Shown here: piece by piece, positions 38,399-48,523 of the stretch
Layout of the letters: the number at the start of each line of letters is the position of its first letter
Numbering within the stretch: position 1 is the first letter of the stretch
The notes under the pieces: model-generated
Told to the model about the DNA's origin: nothing
Databases searched by the model: none
Seen by the model: the letters and a program-made list of their open reading frames with translations, nothing else
Origin: an uncultured delta proteobacterium
GTDB lineage: Bacteria > Desulfobacterota > Binatia > Binatales > Binataceae
Direction of reading: 5' to 3'
DNA length: 64,000 nucleotides
NCBI GenBank assembly: GCA_963765675.1
Contig: CAVXXK010000001.1
Location: 832,001 to 896,000 of the forward strand
Program-made: the position numbers and the translations under genes

Positions 38399-39316
38399 TT
38401 ATCCGACGCTCACCCGGTTGAGAAGCGCGAGGATCGGCTCGAGCGCCGGATCAATTCCGCTCGCGCCGAACCGCTCGTGATAGGCATGCGTCGCGAGCGA
38501 GGTCGCGGCGGCGAAACGCTCAGTCTCGCCAGCCGCGGCGATACGAAGGCATTCGCCAAGCTCTCGCGTCCAATCCGAATCCGCGTCGAACTCCTGGGCC
38601 AGATCGCCAACCGCAAGTCCGTGCAATCCGCCTATCAGGCATTCTGCGTAATAGCCAATCTGGCCCGCGCGATCGATTTCGAGCGATTTGATCGCAAGCG
38701 CCGAGCCGAGCGAATGCATCCGATCGATGCCGAATTCGCGCCGGCGCGAGACCACGGTATCGTCGCCGCTGCCGTCGAAGCCGGAACCGATCGCAACGAT
38801 CGCGACACGCCCGTCCGAGATAGGCACCGGATGGAACACGTAGCCGGGAGAGGTGTAGCCGACGAGATCGCGCAGCGCGCGGCGGTATTCGAGCAAATCG
38901 AACCGGGTTTCTTGCGCGATGCGCATGAGGAAATCACCAAGGCGGGCGCCGGCGGCATCTGCAAGCGCGATCAGGCGCTGGAACATCGCGGGATCATATT
39001 CCTCGCGCCGCGCGATCATCGCGGCCGAGCTGCGTTCGAAGGTCAGCAGGAGCCCGCCAAATTCGTGTTCAGCTCCGCGGCCGCGGCCCGCACGTGCGCT
39101 GATCGGAGCCGCGCGATCGATGGGCTCGATATCCATCGCAAGGTAGCTGCCATGGCTCGAAGGCTTGGCGAGTCCGCGGCGCGCGTTGCTGACGAGCGCA
39201 GGCTCGGCGTCGATCGCGGTCAGGCGGCTTGCTCCGCCGCGACGCTTGGCCATCAGGCCGTACCCGCTCAGCAGCGAGCCGTATCCAAGGACGAGGAGGC
39301 GCGCGTTCGGTTCCAC
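38399..39316 (-). CDS. hypothetical protein with gamma-glutamylcyclotransferase-like N-terminal motif
   Basis: LVLGYGSLL and ARREEYD resemble GGCT/ChaC motifs; GTG start directly after the upstream stop. Confidence 0.55.
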   Translation of the reverse strand: MEPNARLLVLGYGSLLSGYGLMAKRRGGASRLTAIDAEPALVSNARRGLAKPSSHGSYLAMDIEPIDRAAPISARAGRGRGAEHEFGGLLLTFERSSAAMIARREEYDPAMFQRLIALADAAGARLGDFLMRIAQETRFDLLEYRRALRDLVGYTSPGYVFHPVPISDGRVAIVAIGSGFDGSGDDTVVSRRREFGIDRMHSLGSALAIKSLEIDRAGQIGYYAECLIGGLHGLAVGDLAQEFDADSDWTRELGECLRIAAAGETERFAAATSLATHAYHERFGASGIDPALEPILALLNRVSVG

Positions 39317-40432
39317 TCAGATATCTTCGACCGGCGGATAATATTTTTTGTCGCCGAGTTCGTCGACTGCGTTCCAGAATTCGGCGCCCGACGCACTCAT
39401 CGGATTGGTCGGATCCTTCAGAGACATCGCCTGCCGCTTGTAGTTCCAGCTCTCCGGGCGCAACCCGCGCGCAACCGCGAAATATTTCTGCGCGGCTTCC
39501 GCGTACCCGGATTCGTTCAGATATTCGCCGAGCCGGAAATTCGCCGCCGCACGCACCTCGTTGTCTCCAGGCGTATGCATCCGGCGCAGGACCTCGGCCT
39601 CGCTGAGCGCGAACTTGCTCGCGGCTCCCTTGGCGACCCAGTCGCGGATCGCGTTCTGGTAGGCCAGGCGCTTGGCCTGCATCTCCTTCATCGATTCCTC
39701 GGGCATCGCGAAGGTTTTGCGATCGAGCGTGCGAAACGCGTCGGTCGAGCCCGCCGCCTCGCTCGGCCGCACGATACGTCCGCGCTCATCGATCCACACG
39801 GCGGTCGGCACGTTCACCATGTCGTAGAGTTCCGCAACAATATGGCGCATATCGATCACGCAGGGATATGTCGGCTTTGCGGCGGTAATCCACGGCTCGA
39901 CCGCCTGTTTTCCGCCACTATCGAATGCCACCGCTATCGGAACGAAGCCTTTGCTCCCCAGTTCCTCGTACATCGCCTGCCACACGGGCAGGTCCATTCG
40001 GCATCCTCACCAAGAGGCCCACGAGACGAGCAGAACTTTCCTGCCGCGATAATCCGACAGTGAATGCATCCGGCCCGCGAGATCCGGCAGCGAGAAATCC
40101 GGCGCCTCGAGCGATTTGAGCGCGCGTGTGCGTTCGGCCGCCGCCTCTCCGACGCACCACGCATGATGCTCCTGGTCGGCGACGATTGGCTGTCCGAGCA
40201 ACTCTGCAATTGCGGCAAGGTTGAAGCGGTTGCCATCTGCGAATTCGCCCGCACGCGCGGGAGGCACCGGAACGCACACTGCGCCCTTGCAGAAACCCTC
40301 GGGCTTGAAAATCCATCCCGTCGCGCGCTCGAGGTCGTCGGCCCGAAGCCACGGCGCAGCGCCGCGAACCTCGGCCGGAACACCCGTCGTCAGGCGTTCG
40401 CCATAGATTAAATTGATTGGAGTGTCAGCCAT
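39317..40432 (-). CDS. thioredoxin-fold (TlpA/ResA/AhpC-TSA-like) selenoprotein, WASW-U-GC motif, Sec at TGA 40007-40009
   Basis: In-frame TGG GCC TCT TGG TGA GGA TGC CGA ATG joins two ORFs; APDFSLPDL..G..HSLSDYRGRKVLL precedes and NVPTAVWIDERGRIV follows; SECIS-like hairpin; selC in the window; GGAGAG RBS. Confidence 0.9.
39976..39992 (-). promoter_or_regulatory. bacterial SECIS-like hairpin
   Basis: On the mRNA, CCUGCC-CGUGU-GGCAGG starts 14 nt after the UGA; GU-containing apical loop ~20 nt downstream. Confidence 0.75.
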
Positions 40433-40491
40433 CGAAACTCTCCTGGACTCGCTACCGAGCCGCAATTATTTTAGCGCCCGCACCGCCGTGG

Positions 40492-43400
40492 TCATATCCA
40501 TAGTATCACGCCGCTTGCGGGTCTTCGGGTCGCGGCGCGGACTGCGCGCAGATAAATTGCGACCTGTGCGCGATATTCAGGAAGCCGCGCGGACAAGTCG
40601 GCATCGGTTTTGAAATCGACGATCGTCCAACTCGCATCGCCGCCCGTGCCGGTGCGAAACGCGAGGTCCGCGATTCCCTCGGCGGTAGCGCCGTCGTCGA
40701 GCGTCGCGAGGACGGGGTACTCGCGGCGGACTTCGCTCGCGCTCGCCGCGGCGCGAAGCACCGGCGAGCCGAGTGCGCTCGCGACCGCTCCAGAAGCCGC
40801 CTCGGCGTCGTCCGCGCCCGCACCGATCATCCGCGCGACGCTCGACACGACGCGTTCGATCTCCGCGCGTGGCGCATCGAAACGTATTCGCAGCATCGTC
40901 TCGTGCACCAGCGTGCCGAAGAGCTTGAGCCGCGCGCGCGACCGGTCGCGCGCGATCTGCTCGATCCGAATTTCGCCGCCGCCCAGGGCAATCGCTGTGC
41001 CTGACTCCGCCGCTGTCGTCGCGCTGACAACCCGCAGCGTCGGCGCGGCTCCACGCGCGAGCGCTCCGGCGCGAGTCTCGCTCCAAGCGCGATGCGCCTC
41101 GTCGCCGCGCTTAGAGATCTCGCCGCTCTGGTCGGCTTCGAGCAGCACGCTTTGCCTGAGCCCCATCGCTTCTTTCACATCCAGGATGAGCTTGCTCGGA
41201 TCCCACCAGACGACACGATGCGCTCCCGCCTGCGCGCGATACGACCCCGGCGCAACCGAGCGCGTCGGCGCCGGCGCGCGCGACGGGCGGACGCGCACGG
41301 AGTCCTCGCCGAACTCGGGACATCCCGCAGGCTTGCGGCTGAGCGGCGCGCGCCGATCCTTCTGTTCCGGATAGATGACGGGGTTGAGCCTCGCGAGCCA
41401 TCCGTCATACGCGCCGTCACCAAGCGTCGGAACGATCAGCAAATCGCGCGCGCGGGTGGTCGCGACGTAGAGCAGGCGAATCGCCTCCTCGACGTCGCGG
41501 CGATGCTCTTCCTCCTGATGCTCCAGCAGCTCGTGCGGAGCGCATCCTGCGATTTGCAGCGCTGCCAGTCCGCGCTCCGGATCGATATAGCGCGTCGCCT
41601 CGCCGCGGGTTTCGTTGCAGGTCAGGTCGGCCAGGATCACAACCGGGAATTCGAGTCCCTTCGCGCGATGCACCGTCATGATGCGGACGCCTTCGGTACC
41701 CTCTTCGGCCAGCGGCGTTTCGCTTGCCTCGTCGCGTTCGGCGCGCGCTTCGAGTTCATCGACGAAGCCGCGAAACGAAGTTGGGCGGCTGCGCGCCTCG
41801 TAGCGCCGCGCCTGATCCATCAGGCGCATGATATTCGCAAGCGCTTGATCTCCCGTCGGCCAGATCGCGACGCCCGCATGCGCACGAGTCTGCGCCAGCG
41901 CGCGCGCCAGGGTCTGAGCGATAGGACGGCGATTGCGCTCGCGATGCAGCTCGAGAATGATTTCGCGAGCGCCTCGCACTGCACGCAGGCTCCCCTCGGC
42001 GTCGGCGGGCGGATTGCGCCACAGGCTGAAGCCGCCGGCGGCCTCTCGATATTCGAGCAGAAGATCGTCGCCAAGCGAGAAGAACGCGCCGCGAAGAGTC
42101 GCGAACACTGCGAGCTCGTCGTCCGGCCGCTCGATCGCGGCGAGCAGATTGCGCACCGAGGTAACTTCCTCGCGGTCGTTGAATGATCCGCCCTTCACCA
42201 GCACGTGTGGCAGATGCCGTGCTTCGAGTGCGCGCAAATACGGGCGCGTCACGTCGCGTCCGTACGAATTCAGGCGGCGAAACAGAATACAGATGTGGCG
42301 CGGGGCGATCGCGACCCGGCGCTCGGGCGCCTCCCGCTCGGTCACCGTCCATCCGCTTTCCTTCACCATCCATTTCGCGAACGCCGCGATCGCGTCGGGC
42401 AGCGATTCCTCGATCCTCCAATCCGTGACGCGGCCATAGTCGCCATACGGATCCGGCACCGGCAGCGCTACGATCGAGGGCTGCGCCTGCGCGTCCGGCC
42501 GCGTCGACACCAGCGGCGCGTATCGCGGCTGCGTCGGCGAATCCTCCGGCATCAGCGGCGCGAACGCGGAGTTAATCATCGCGTGCAGCTCCGGCGTAGC
42601 GCGGAAACTCACCGTCAGATAAAGCAGGCGCGCGCCCTTGCTGACGAGGCTGCGCTTGACCTCCTGGTACAGCGCGACGTCGGCGCGGCGGAAGCGGTAG
42701 ATCGATTGCTTGGGGTCGCCCACGATGAAAAGTTTGCCGGGAACCGGACGCGCCTCGCGCCAGTCGTGCGCGGCGGGATCGTCGGCGGCGAGCAGCAGCA
42801 GAATCTCTGCCTGCAGCGGATCGGTATCCTGAAACTCGTCGATAAAAATATGCGTGAAACGGTTCTGCAACTCGGCGCGCACGACAGCGTTGTCACGGAC
42901 CAGGTCGCGCGCAACCAGCAACAGATCGAGGAAGTCCAGTTGCCCCTCGCGGCGTTTGATTTCGTCATAGATCTGGACGATTGGCCACAACTCTTCGCGC
43001 AGGAGCGGCGCCAGGTTCGCGCCGGCATCGCGACGCATTCGCAAAAGCCGCGCGCGCAGCTCGCCGCGGCGGCGAAAAACCTCCTCGCGCTCAATTCCGC
43101 CCATCGCGCCGCCGAAACCCCTCCAATCCCAGCGCCTGCCGCTGCCGAGCGTCAGCAGCACCGCCTCGAGCGCGTCGTAGTCGCGGCCACGCACGGCCTC
43201 GAGGCGCATCGCTTCGAGGACCGGCCGCGAAATTTCTTCGAGGCTCTTCGCGAGCCAGTCGCCGGGCTCGCCGTCGCGGGCGAGGTTCGCGAGCGCCGTG
43301 ATCTCGGCGACGATCGCGTCGATCTCGCGGTCGCGCGCGAAAGCCTGCGGCGCCCATCGCGCGGTAAAGTCGCGCCACGCGAGCAACTCCTCTGCGGCGC

Positions 43401-43944
43401 GGCGCGCGATCGCGCGCGGTCCGTCGCGGCTGACCGATTCGCGCCGCCGCAGTAGCCGGCGCATCCCTTCGCCCGGATTGGCCAGCGCCGTCTCGAACCA
43501 TTTTGAAAACGCCAATTCGAGGATCGCGTCCGCGGTGTCTTCGGCCGCAACTTCGAACATCGGATCGACGCGCGCCTGCACCGGCCGCTCGCGCAACAGA
43601 TCGGCGCAGAAGGAGTGGATCGTTCCGATACTCGCCTGTTCGAGCTCGCGCAGCGCACCGCTCAGGCGATCACGCGACTTTTTATCGAGTGACGGATCAT
43701 TGCGCGCCCGCTCGATCTCGGCGCGCAGTCTGAGCTTCAGCTCGCCGGCGGCTTTTTCGGTGAACGTCACCGCGGCAATCCGGGCCAGTGTGCCGCGCCC
43801 CGATGCGATCACCGCGACGATCCTGCTCACCAGCGCCGTGGTCTTGCCGGTTCCCGCCGCGGCCTCAACTACCAGCGTGACGTCGAGCTCGCGCGCAATC
43901 GCGTCGCGCGCATCTTGGTCGGCGACTGTTCGGTTCGTGCTCAT
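40492..43944 (-). CDS. addA: AddA helicase/nuclease (UvrD-like plus C-terminal PD-(D/E)xK)
   Basis: AAAGTGKTT, TFTEKAA, DEFQDT, VGDPKQSIYRFR, TVHRAKGLEF, GIADL...VDFKTD. Confidence 0.9.
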   Translation of the reverse strand: MSTNRTVADQDARDAIARELDVTLVVEAAAGTGKTTALVSRIVAVIASGRGTLARIAAVTFTEKAAGELKLRLRAEIERARNDPSLDKKSRDRLSGALRELEQASIGTIHSFCADLLRERPVQARVDPMFEVAAEDTADAILELAFSKWFETALANPGEGMRRLLRRRESVSRDGPRAIARRAAEELLAWRDFTARWAPQAFARDREIDAIVAEITALANLARDGEPGDWLAKSLEEISRPVLEAMRLEAVRGRDYDALEAVLLTLGSGRRWDWRGFGGAMGGIEREEVFRRRGELRARLLRMRRDAGANLAPLLREELWPIVQIYDEIKRREGQLDFLDLLLVARDLVRDNAVVRAELQNRFTHIFIDEFQDTDPLQAEILLLLAADDPAAHDWREARPVPGKLFIVGDPKQSIYRFRRADVALYQEVKRSLVSKGARLLYLTVSFRATPELHAMINSAFAPLMPEDSPTQPRYAPLVSTRPDAQAQPSIVALPVPDPYGDYGRVTDWRIEESLPDAIAAFAKWMVKESGWTVTEREAPERRVAIAPRHICILFRRLNSYGRDVTRPYLRALEARHLPHVLVKGGSFNDREEVTSVRNLLAAIERPDDELAVFATLRGAFFSLGDDLLLEYREAAGGFSLWRNPPADAEGSLRAVRGAREIILELHRERNRRPIAQTLARALAQTRAHAGVAIWPTGDQALANIMRLMDQARRYEARSRPTSFRGFVDELEARAERDEASETPLAEEGTEGVRIMTVHRAKGLEFPVVILADLTCNETRGEATRYIDPERGLAALQIAGCAPHELLEHQEEEHRRDVEEAIRLLYVATTRARDLLIVPTLGDGAYDGWLARLNPVIYPEQKDRRAPLSRKPAGCPEFGEDSVRVRPSRAPAPTRSVAPGSYRAQAGAHRVVWWDPSKLILDVKEAMGLRQSVLLEADQSGEISKRGDEAHRAWSETRAGALARGAAPTLRVVSATTAAESGTAIALGGGEIRIEQIARDRSRARLKLFGTLVHETMLRIRFDAPRAEIERVVSSVARMIGAGADDAEAASGAVASALGSPVLRAAASASEVRREYPVLATLDDGATAEGIADLAFRTGTGGDASWTIVDFKTDADLSARLPEYRAQVAIYLRAVRAATRRPASGVILWI

Positions 43945-46900
43945 TTCATTTTGCGCAGACGTGTCAGCGCTTCCAGCCGGGCATGCGGCTTGACGTCTTT
44001 GACCCGCCGCTCTTCGTACGGACCGCACACGCGGCGGTAGTCGCACCATTCGCATTCGCGTTCCGCGGGGGCGGCGGGCAGAAAACCATCACTCAGCGCC
44101 TGTCCGACGATCGCGGCGAATTCACGCTCGGCCGTGCGCGCGGCGTCGTCAACCGCGACGATCCGCTCCTCGTAACCGCCCGCCGCCGTGCAGTAATAGA
44201 GCCTGCCGAGCCCGATCGATTCGCCGAGCACGCGTTCAGCCGCGAGCGCGTAAAGAACCGGCTGAAGATACTTTCCGCCGCCGATCACGAAATCGTTTGC
44301 AGCACGGACGCGGCCGGTTTTGTGATCAGTCACACGCAGACGTCCGTCGGGCGCGCGCTCGATCAGATCGATCGAGCCCCTCAGCATCAGGCCGCCGTCC
44401 AGCGCACTGGGCTCGGGCGAGCTTTTGGGGTCGGCTTGCGCGCGATCGGCGAGTCCGAAGGCCAGCTCGAAACGTTCCGGCCGCCAGCGCTCGGGATCCT
44501 CGGCCGCGCGCCGCAGCCATTCGCGCAAGTCAGCGCGGATCGATTCGATTCCGTCGAGCCATACGCGCTCGATCGCGGGCGCAAGCTCCTCGCGCCACTG
44601 GGTCGCGACTTCGTCGAGCGTTTGATCGAGCAGCGCGCTTGCCGCCTCGAGCGTCGCGGGCGTGACCGGCAGCGCCTCGGCGGCGCGCAACCGTGACAGG
44701 ATTTCGTACTGAACTTCCGCAAACAGGCCGCCGCGCGTCAGCGGATCGATCACCTCGATCGCGACCGCTTCATCGCGTGGCTCGAGCCGATGAATCGCCT
44801 GCAGGAAAAATCGGTACGGACACTCCGCGAAATGCTGCAGCGAGGTCGGCGAATACGAGCGCGCCGAAAGCTGATGCCGCCCGAGCGCGGCAAGCGCCGC
44901 CGGTTCAGGATCAACCAGGCCATCCGCCGTGGTCCATCGCCTAAGCCATCTGCGCGCTCGTGTGCGCAGCGCGCGCCCGAGATACTCGTTCGCGCCGAGC
45001 AGATAATGCGCTGCGCCGCGCGTCGCTTCCGGATCGCGGCCGGCGAGTTTTTCCAGAACCGCGAGGTCGAATTCGGCGTCGTCGATCGCTTCCGACGGAT
45101 CCTCGGGCGCGGGCCAGCTCGGTCCCGCTGCGGACCCGGACGCGCGCCGCGCCAGCTCGTCGAAACCGGGCAGCCGCCCTTCGGCGGCGCGCAGAACTTC
45201 AAGCGCATAGAACGACGGCACACGCGGACGCCCCTGATCCAAATCGACCCGCGGATACGAGAACATCACGCGCTTCTCCGCCGCTCCCACCGCGATTCTG
45301 AGCGCAAGCCGCTCGCTGGCTACGCGATCCTCGTTGCGGATCAGGTCCGCGCCCAGCTCCGCTCGCGAGGCGTCGAGCAGAATCGGATCCTCGGTCACCT
45401 TCTGCGGAAAAATTCGCTCCGCCAAGCCCGGAACGATCACTACCTCGAACGACATCGCGCGCGCGCGATGCGGCGACGCGACAAAGACCGCTCCGTAGCG
45501 GCGCGGCGCTGGCGGATCCTCGAGCTTCGCCAGGCGCTCGGCCAGGACGTGGCGCACCTCGTCGAGACCGACCGGTCCGACCGGCGCCATCGCGTCCAGC
45601 TCTCCCAGCGCCGCAAGGATCTCGTCCCGATCGCGAATCGCCGCCGCGGTGATCGAGCGGATCCGCTCGAGCCACTCGCCCCACAACGCGCGCGCCGGCA
45701 GCGCCGCCAGCATCGCAATATGCGGGAGCGCGGTTTCCCTGAGATGCCGCAGGTCGGCGATCTTGTGCTCGAGCGCCGCGGCCTGCGCGGTATCGTCGTC
45801 GAGTTCGGCGCGGCGATGCTCCAGTTCGTGCTCCAATCCGTCCAGCCGCCGCGCCCATCGCTCGGCGCTTCCGATCACGGCGGCATCGACGATTATCTGC
45901 TCCCATCGTCTCGGCGCACGCGAGCGGTCTTCAGTCACGGGCGCCGCGGATGCCGCGGCACGATCTAGCAGATCACGGCTAAGCGAGCTCGCGGATAGTT
46001 CACTATCTAGCGCGGCGTCGCGCGGCGCCTCGGCCTGCGCGCGGCTGGGCACCTGCGCGAGTGAAAGATATTCCGCGTAGCGCCGCGCGGAGAGATTCTC
46101 GGCCGCGCAAGCAAGCAGCGCGAGCAGCGCGCGCCCTCCGGGCCGTGGACGCCGCGCCCCGAGCGCAAAATAGGCGGGAATATCGGCGCGATCGAGCGCC
46201 TCTTGCAGGCACGGCAGGTAGCGCACCGGGTCGTGAAGGAGAATCGCGATTCGATCGAAGCGCACGCCGGCGCGCGCCTCGCGATCGATTCGCCGCGCGA
46301 TCTCGACGCATTCGTGCATCTCGCCCGGCGCCGAATTTATCGTGACGGTGTCATCAAGATCGCGCGCGGATGGAGTCAGGTCGCCAAACAGATGGTCCTG
46401 CATCCGCGCCAGAGAGGTCGCGTCACCGCCGCTGTTCGCCGGCGCGGCGCGCGTCCCGACACCGAGCAATTTGGACAGCATCCGCACCGTGCGCTCGTCG
46501 CCCGCGGGAACGGTCGCGAAGAAATCCGGCGCGCGCGCGGCCAGCGCCGCGACCAACGCGCCCTCGCGACGGGTATCGAGCGGCACGTCGAGCAGCAAAG
46601 TCGCGATCGCGGCGAAGCGCGGCGGAGCATCGGCGCGTACCGCCTCGGCCGCGAGCGCCAGGATCATCGCGCGATCGGCTAGCTTCGCGTCGGCCAATTC
46701 AGCCTCGAACCGCACGAGCATCGCGCCAAGCTCGGCGCCGGCCGCGCCGTGCCGCGCAAGCTCGTCGGCGGATACGTCGGCGAGGCGCAGTTCCTCGAGC
46801 GTGCGCGCGAGCGCGTTGGCGAATCCGGGCTGATCGATCACCGGCGCGAAGTACTGAAGCCGCGCTGACGGCCGCAGATGAAACACCGCGCGCGCCGCGA

Positions 46901-47177
46901 CCGCGCGCGCCGCGAGCGCGGAGGCAGGCGCAAGGCCGAGCGCGGCCATCTGGTCCGCGGCAAGCAGACCCGCCAGGCGATTGAATGTCAGGCGATAAAT
47001 TCCCGCTATCGCACCGCGCTCGGCCGCGAGCGCGCGAACCAGATCGTCGGCGCCTGCCCGCGCCGGCGCGATCACGATCGCCTCCGCTCCCGGTTCGAGC
47101 GCACGCAGCCATTCGCGTGCCGCCGCGATTCGTTCGGCGGCGCGAGCCGAGGTGATTATCTGTCGCGAATCAGGCAT
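43941..47177 (-). CDS. addB: AddB nuclease subunit with 4Fe-4S staple
   Basis: SPTSLQHFAECPYRFF, GSIDLIE, DHKTG, CEWCDYRRVC; ATGA overlap with addA. Confidence 0.88.
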   Translation of the reverse strand: MPDSRQIITSARAAERIAAAREWLRALEPGAEAIVIAPARAGADDLVRALAAERGAIAGIYRLTFNRLAGLLAADQMAALGLAPASALAARAVAARAVFHLRPSARLQYFAPVIDQPGFANALARTLEELRLADVSADELARHGAAGAELGAMLVRFEAELADAKLADRAMILALAAEAVRADAPPRFAAIATLLLDVPLDTRREGALVAALAARAPDFFATVPAGDERTVRMLSKLLGVGTRAAPANSGGDATSLARMQDHLFGDLTPSARDLDDTVTINSAPGEMHECVEIARRIDREARAGVRFDRIAILLHDPVRYLPCLQEALDRADIPAYFALGARRPRPGGRALLALLACAAENLSARRYAEYLSLAQVPSRAQAEAPRDAALDSELSASSLSRDLLDRAAASAAPVTEDRSRAPRRWEQIIVDAAVIGSAERWARRLDGLEHELEHRRAELDDDTAQAAALEHKIADLRHLRETALPHIAMLAALPARALWGEWLERIRSITAAAIRDRDEILAALGELDAMAPVGPVGLDEVRHVLAERLAKLEDPPAPRRYGAVFVASPHRARAMSFEVVIVPGLAERIFPQKVTEDPILLDASRAELGADLIRNEDRVASERLALRIAVGAAEKRVMFSYPRVDLDQGRPRVPSFYALEVLRAAEGRLPGFDELARRASGSAAGPSWPAPEDPSEAIDDAEFDLAVLEKLAGRDPEATRGAAHYLLGANEYLGRALRTRARRWLRRWTTADGLVDPEPAALAALGRHQLSARSYSPTSLQHFAECPYRFFLQAIHRLEPRDEAVAIEVIDPLTRGGLFAEVQYEILSRLRAAEALPVTPATLEAASALLDQTLDEVATQWREELAPAIERVWLDGIESIRADLREWLRRAAEDPERWRPERFELAFGLADRAQADPKSSPEPSALDGGLMLRGSIDLIERAPDGRLRVTDHKTGRVRAANDFVIGGGKYLQPVLYALAAERVLGESIGLGRLYYCTAAGGYEERIVAVDDAARTAEREFAAIVGQALSDGFLPAAPAERECEWCDYRRVCGPYEERRVKDVKPHARLEALTRLRKMK

Positions 47178-47301
47178 CGGAAGCGGCGCGCAGGCCGCTT
47201 ATCGATAGTTCGCCGCAAGCGCAGCCGGGAGCAAGAGGGCGTCCGGGCAGTATCCACAGCCGCCGTCAGCGGTTGTCATCGCACCGAAGTTACAGCGAGT
47301 C

Positions 47302-48147
47302 CTACTTCAGCAGGTAAACCGGATCCCCGATGCGCACCGTGCCGGAGGCGCCGATCGCGGCGAAGACGCCGACGTTGTTGCGATGATGCCTGGCCGAGGT
47401 CCGCAACACGTCGAAATCGCGTGGAAGATCATCCTGCGGGTGCGTCGTCATCACGCAGCGCAGCGCGGGAACCATCTCGGTGACTTTCACGCTCGAACCT
47501 ACCAGCAGTTCGCCGCCCACCCATTCGTCTTCGACAAAGCGGTCGTCGCCGGGGCCGCTATCGACAAACAGCGTGGGACGGAAGCGGCGCGGATCAAAGA
47601 TCGATTTCATTCCGGCGAGCTTCGCCAGATGACGCAGCGTACCGGTCGCGATCACATGCATCACGGCGGTGTCGAAAAACGAGCCGGGCGAGAGCGAAAA
47701 TTCCGGCGGCAGATTTTCGGCCGAGAGTCCGGGAATCACCTGCTCGATCGGCACATCGGCGAAAACCGTTTTCGGATCGATTCCCGCGCGCTCGCGCACC
47801 GCGGTTTCCGCGCGCTCGAGCGTGACCTTGCGGCCGAGTTGGGCGCTGATTTGTTCGGCGGCTTCCGGATCGCTCGGATGAATCGTGCGCCCGTCAGGCA
47901 TGCGGATAGTGATCGGCGAGCCGTTTCCGGCCTCGAGCGGATCATCATACTTGGCGCGGAAGTCGAACAGCCCCGCGAATTTCTTGGCGCTCGCGATTCG
48001 CCGCGTCGCCGTCTCGCGCAGCGCCCACGCGCGATCGCCCACCGCGCCGCGCTCCGTGATCTCGACCTGCGCGAGCTGCTCGCCGAGCATCGATTTCACC
48101 GGATGCCGCCAAATCGCGGCGAGCACGCCAATCTGCTTTTGGGACAT
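47302..48147 (-). CDS. MOSC domain protein
   Basis: IWRHPVKSMLGE, GDRAWAL, DPRRFRP, RCVMTT. Confidence 0.9.
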   Translation of the reverse strand: MSQKQIGVLAAIWRHPVKSMLGEQLAQVEITERGAVGDRAWALRETATRRIASAKKFAGLFDFRAKYDDPLEAGNGSPITIRMPDGRTIHPSDPEAAEQISAQLGRKVTLERAETAVRERAGIDPKTVFADVPIEQVIPGLSAENLPPEFSLSPGSFFDTAVMHVIATGTLRHLAKLAGMKSIFDPRRFRPTLFVDSGPGDDRFVEDEWVGGELLVGSSVKVTEMVPALRCVMTTHPQDDLPRDFDVLRTSARHHRNNVGVFAAIGASGTVRIGDPVYLLK

Positions 48148-48523
48148 TACTATCCTCCTGCCTGCCACGCGCGGCGCGAGCCGCACCGATCCTGAGTGTT
48201 ACACGAGCGCGACAGCATGGCGCAATGCCGTTGTTTGGGCAATAAGATTTGCCTAAATGCGGGCGGTCAAGAGGATGCGGCCGAGGGCGATAAAAAATCG
48301 AATCGCGCGAAGCATTTCTCATCGTAGGCAAGCCAAGAACAATCGTGGGCCGCGGAACCCGCGTATCCACGTATGGACGATGAATACAGCACGTATCGGC
48401 TAACGTCTAAAGTTTGAAACCGTCCGGTCTTTCGGCGCAACCGAGCGGCGCCAATTCCACTAAAAATTGACGCGCGGCGATGCGCCGTCCCTTTGCGGGT
48501 TCGCCGCGCAGACGGAGGTTTTT

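Noticed and set aside
40492-47177. Helicase-nuclease pair as a novel anti-phage system
   Set aside because: Motifs, sizes, gene order and host-like composition fit housekeeping AddAB.
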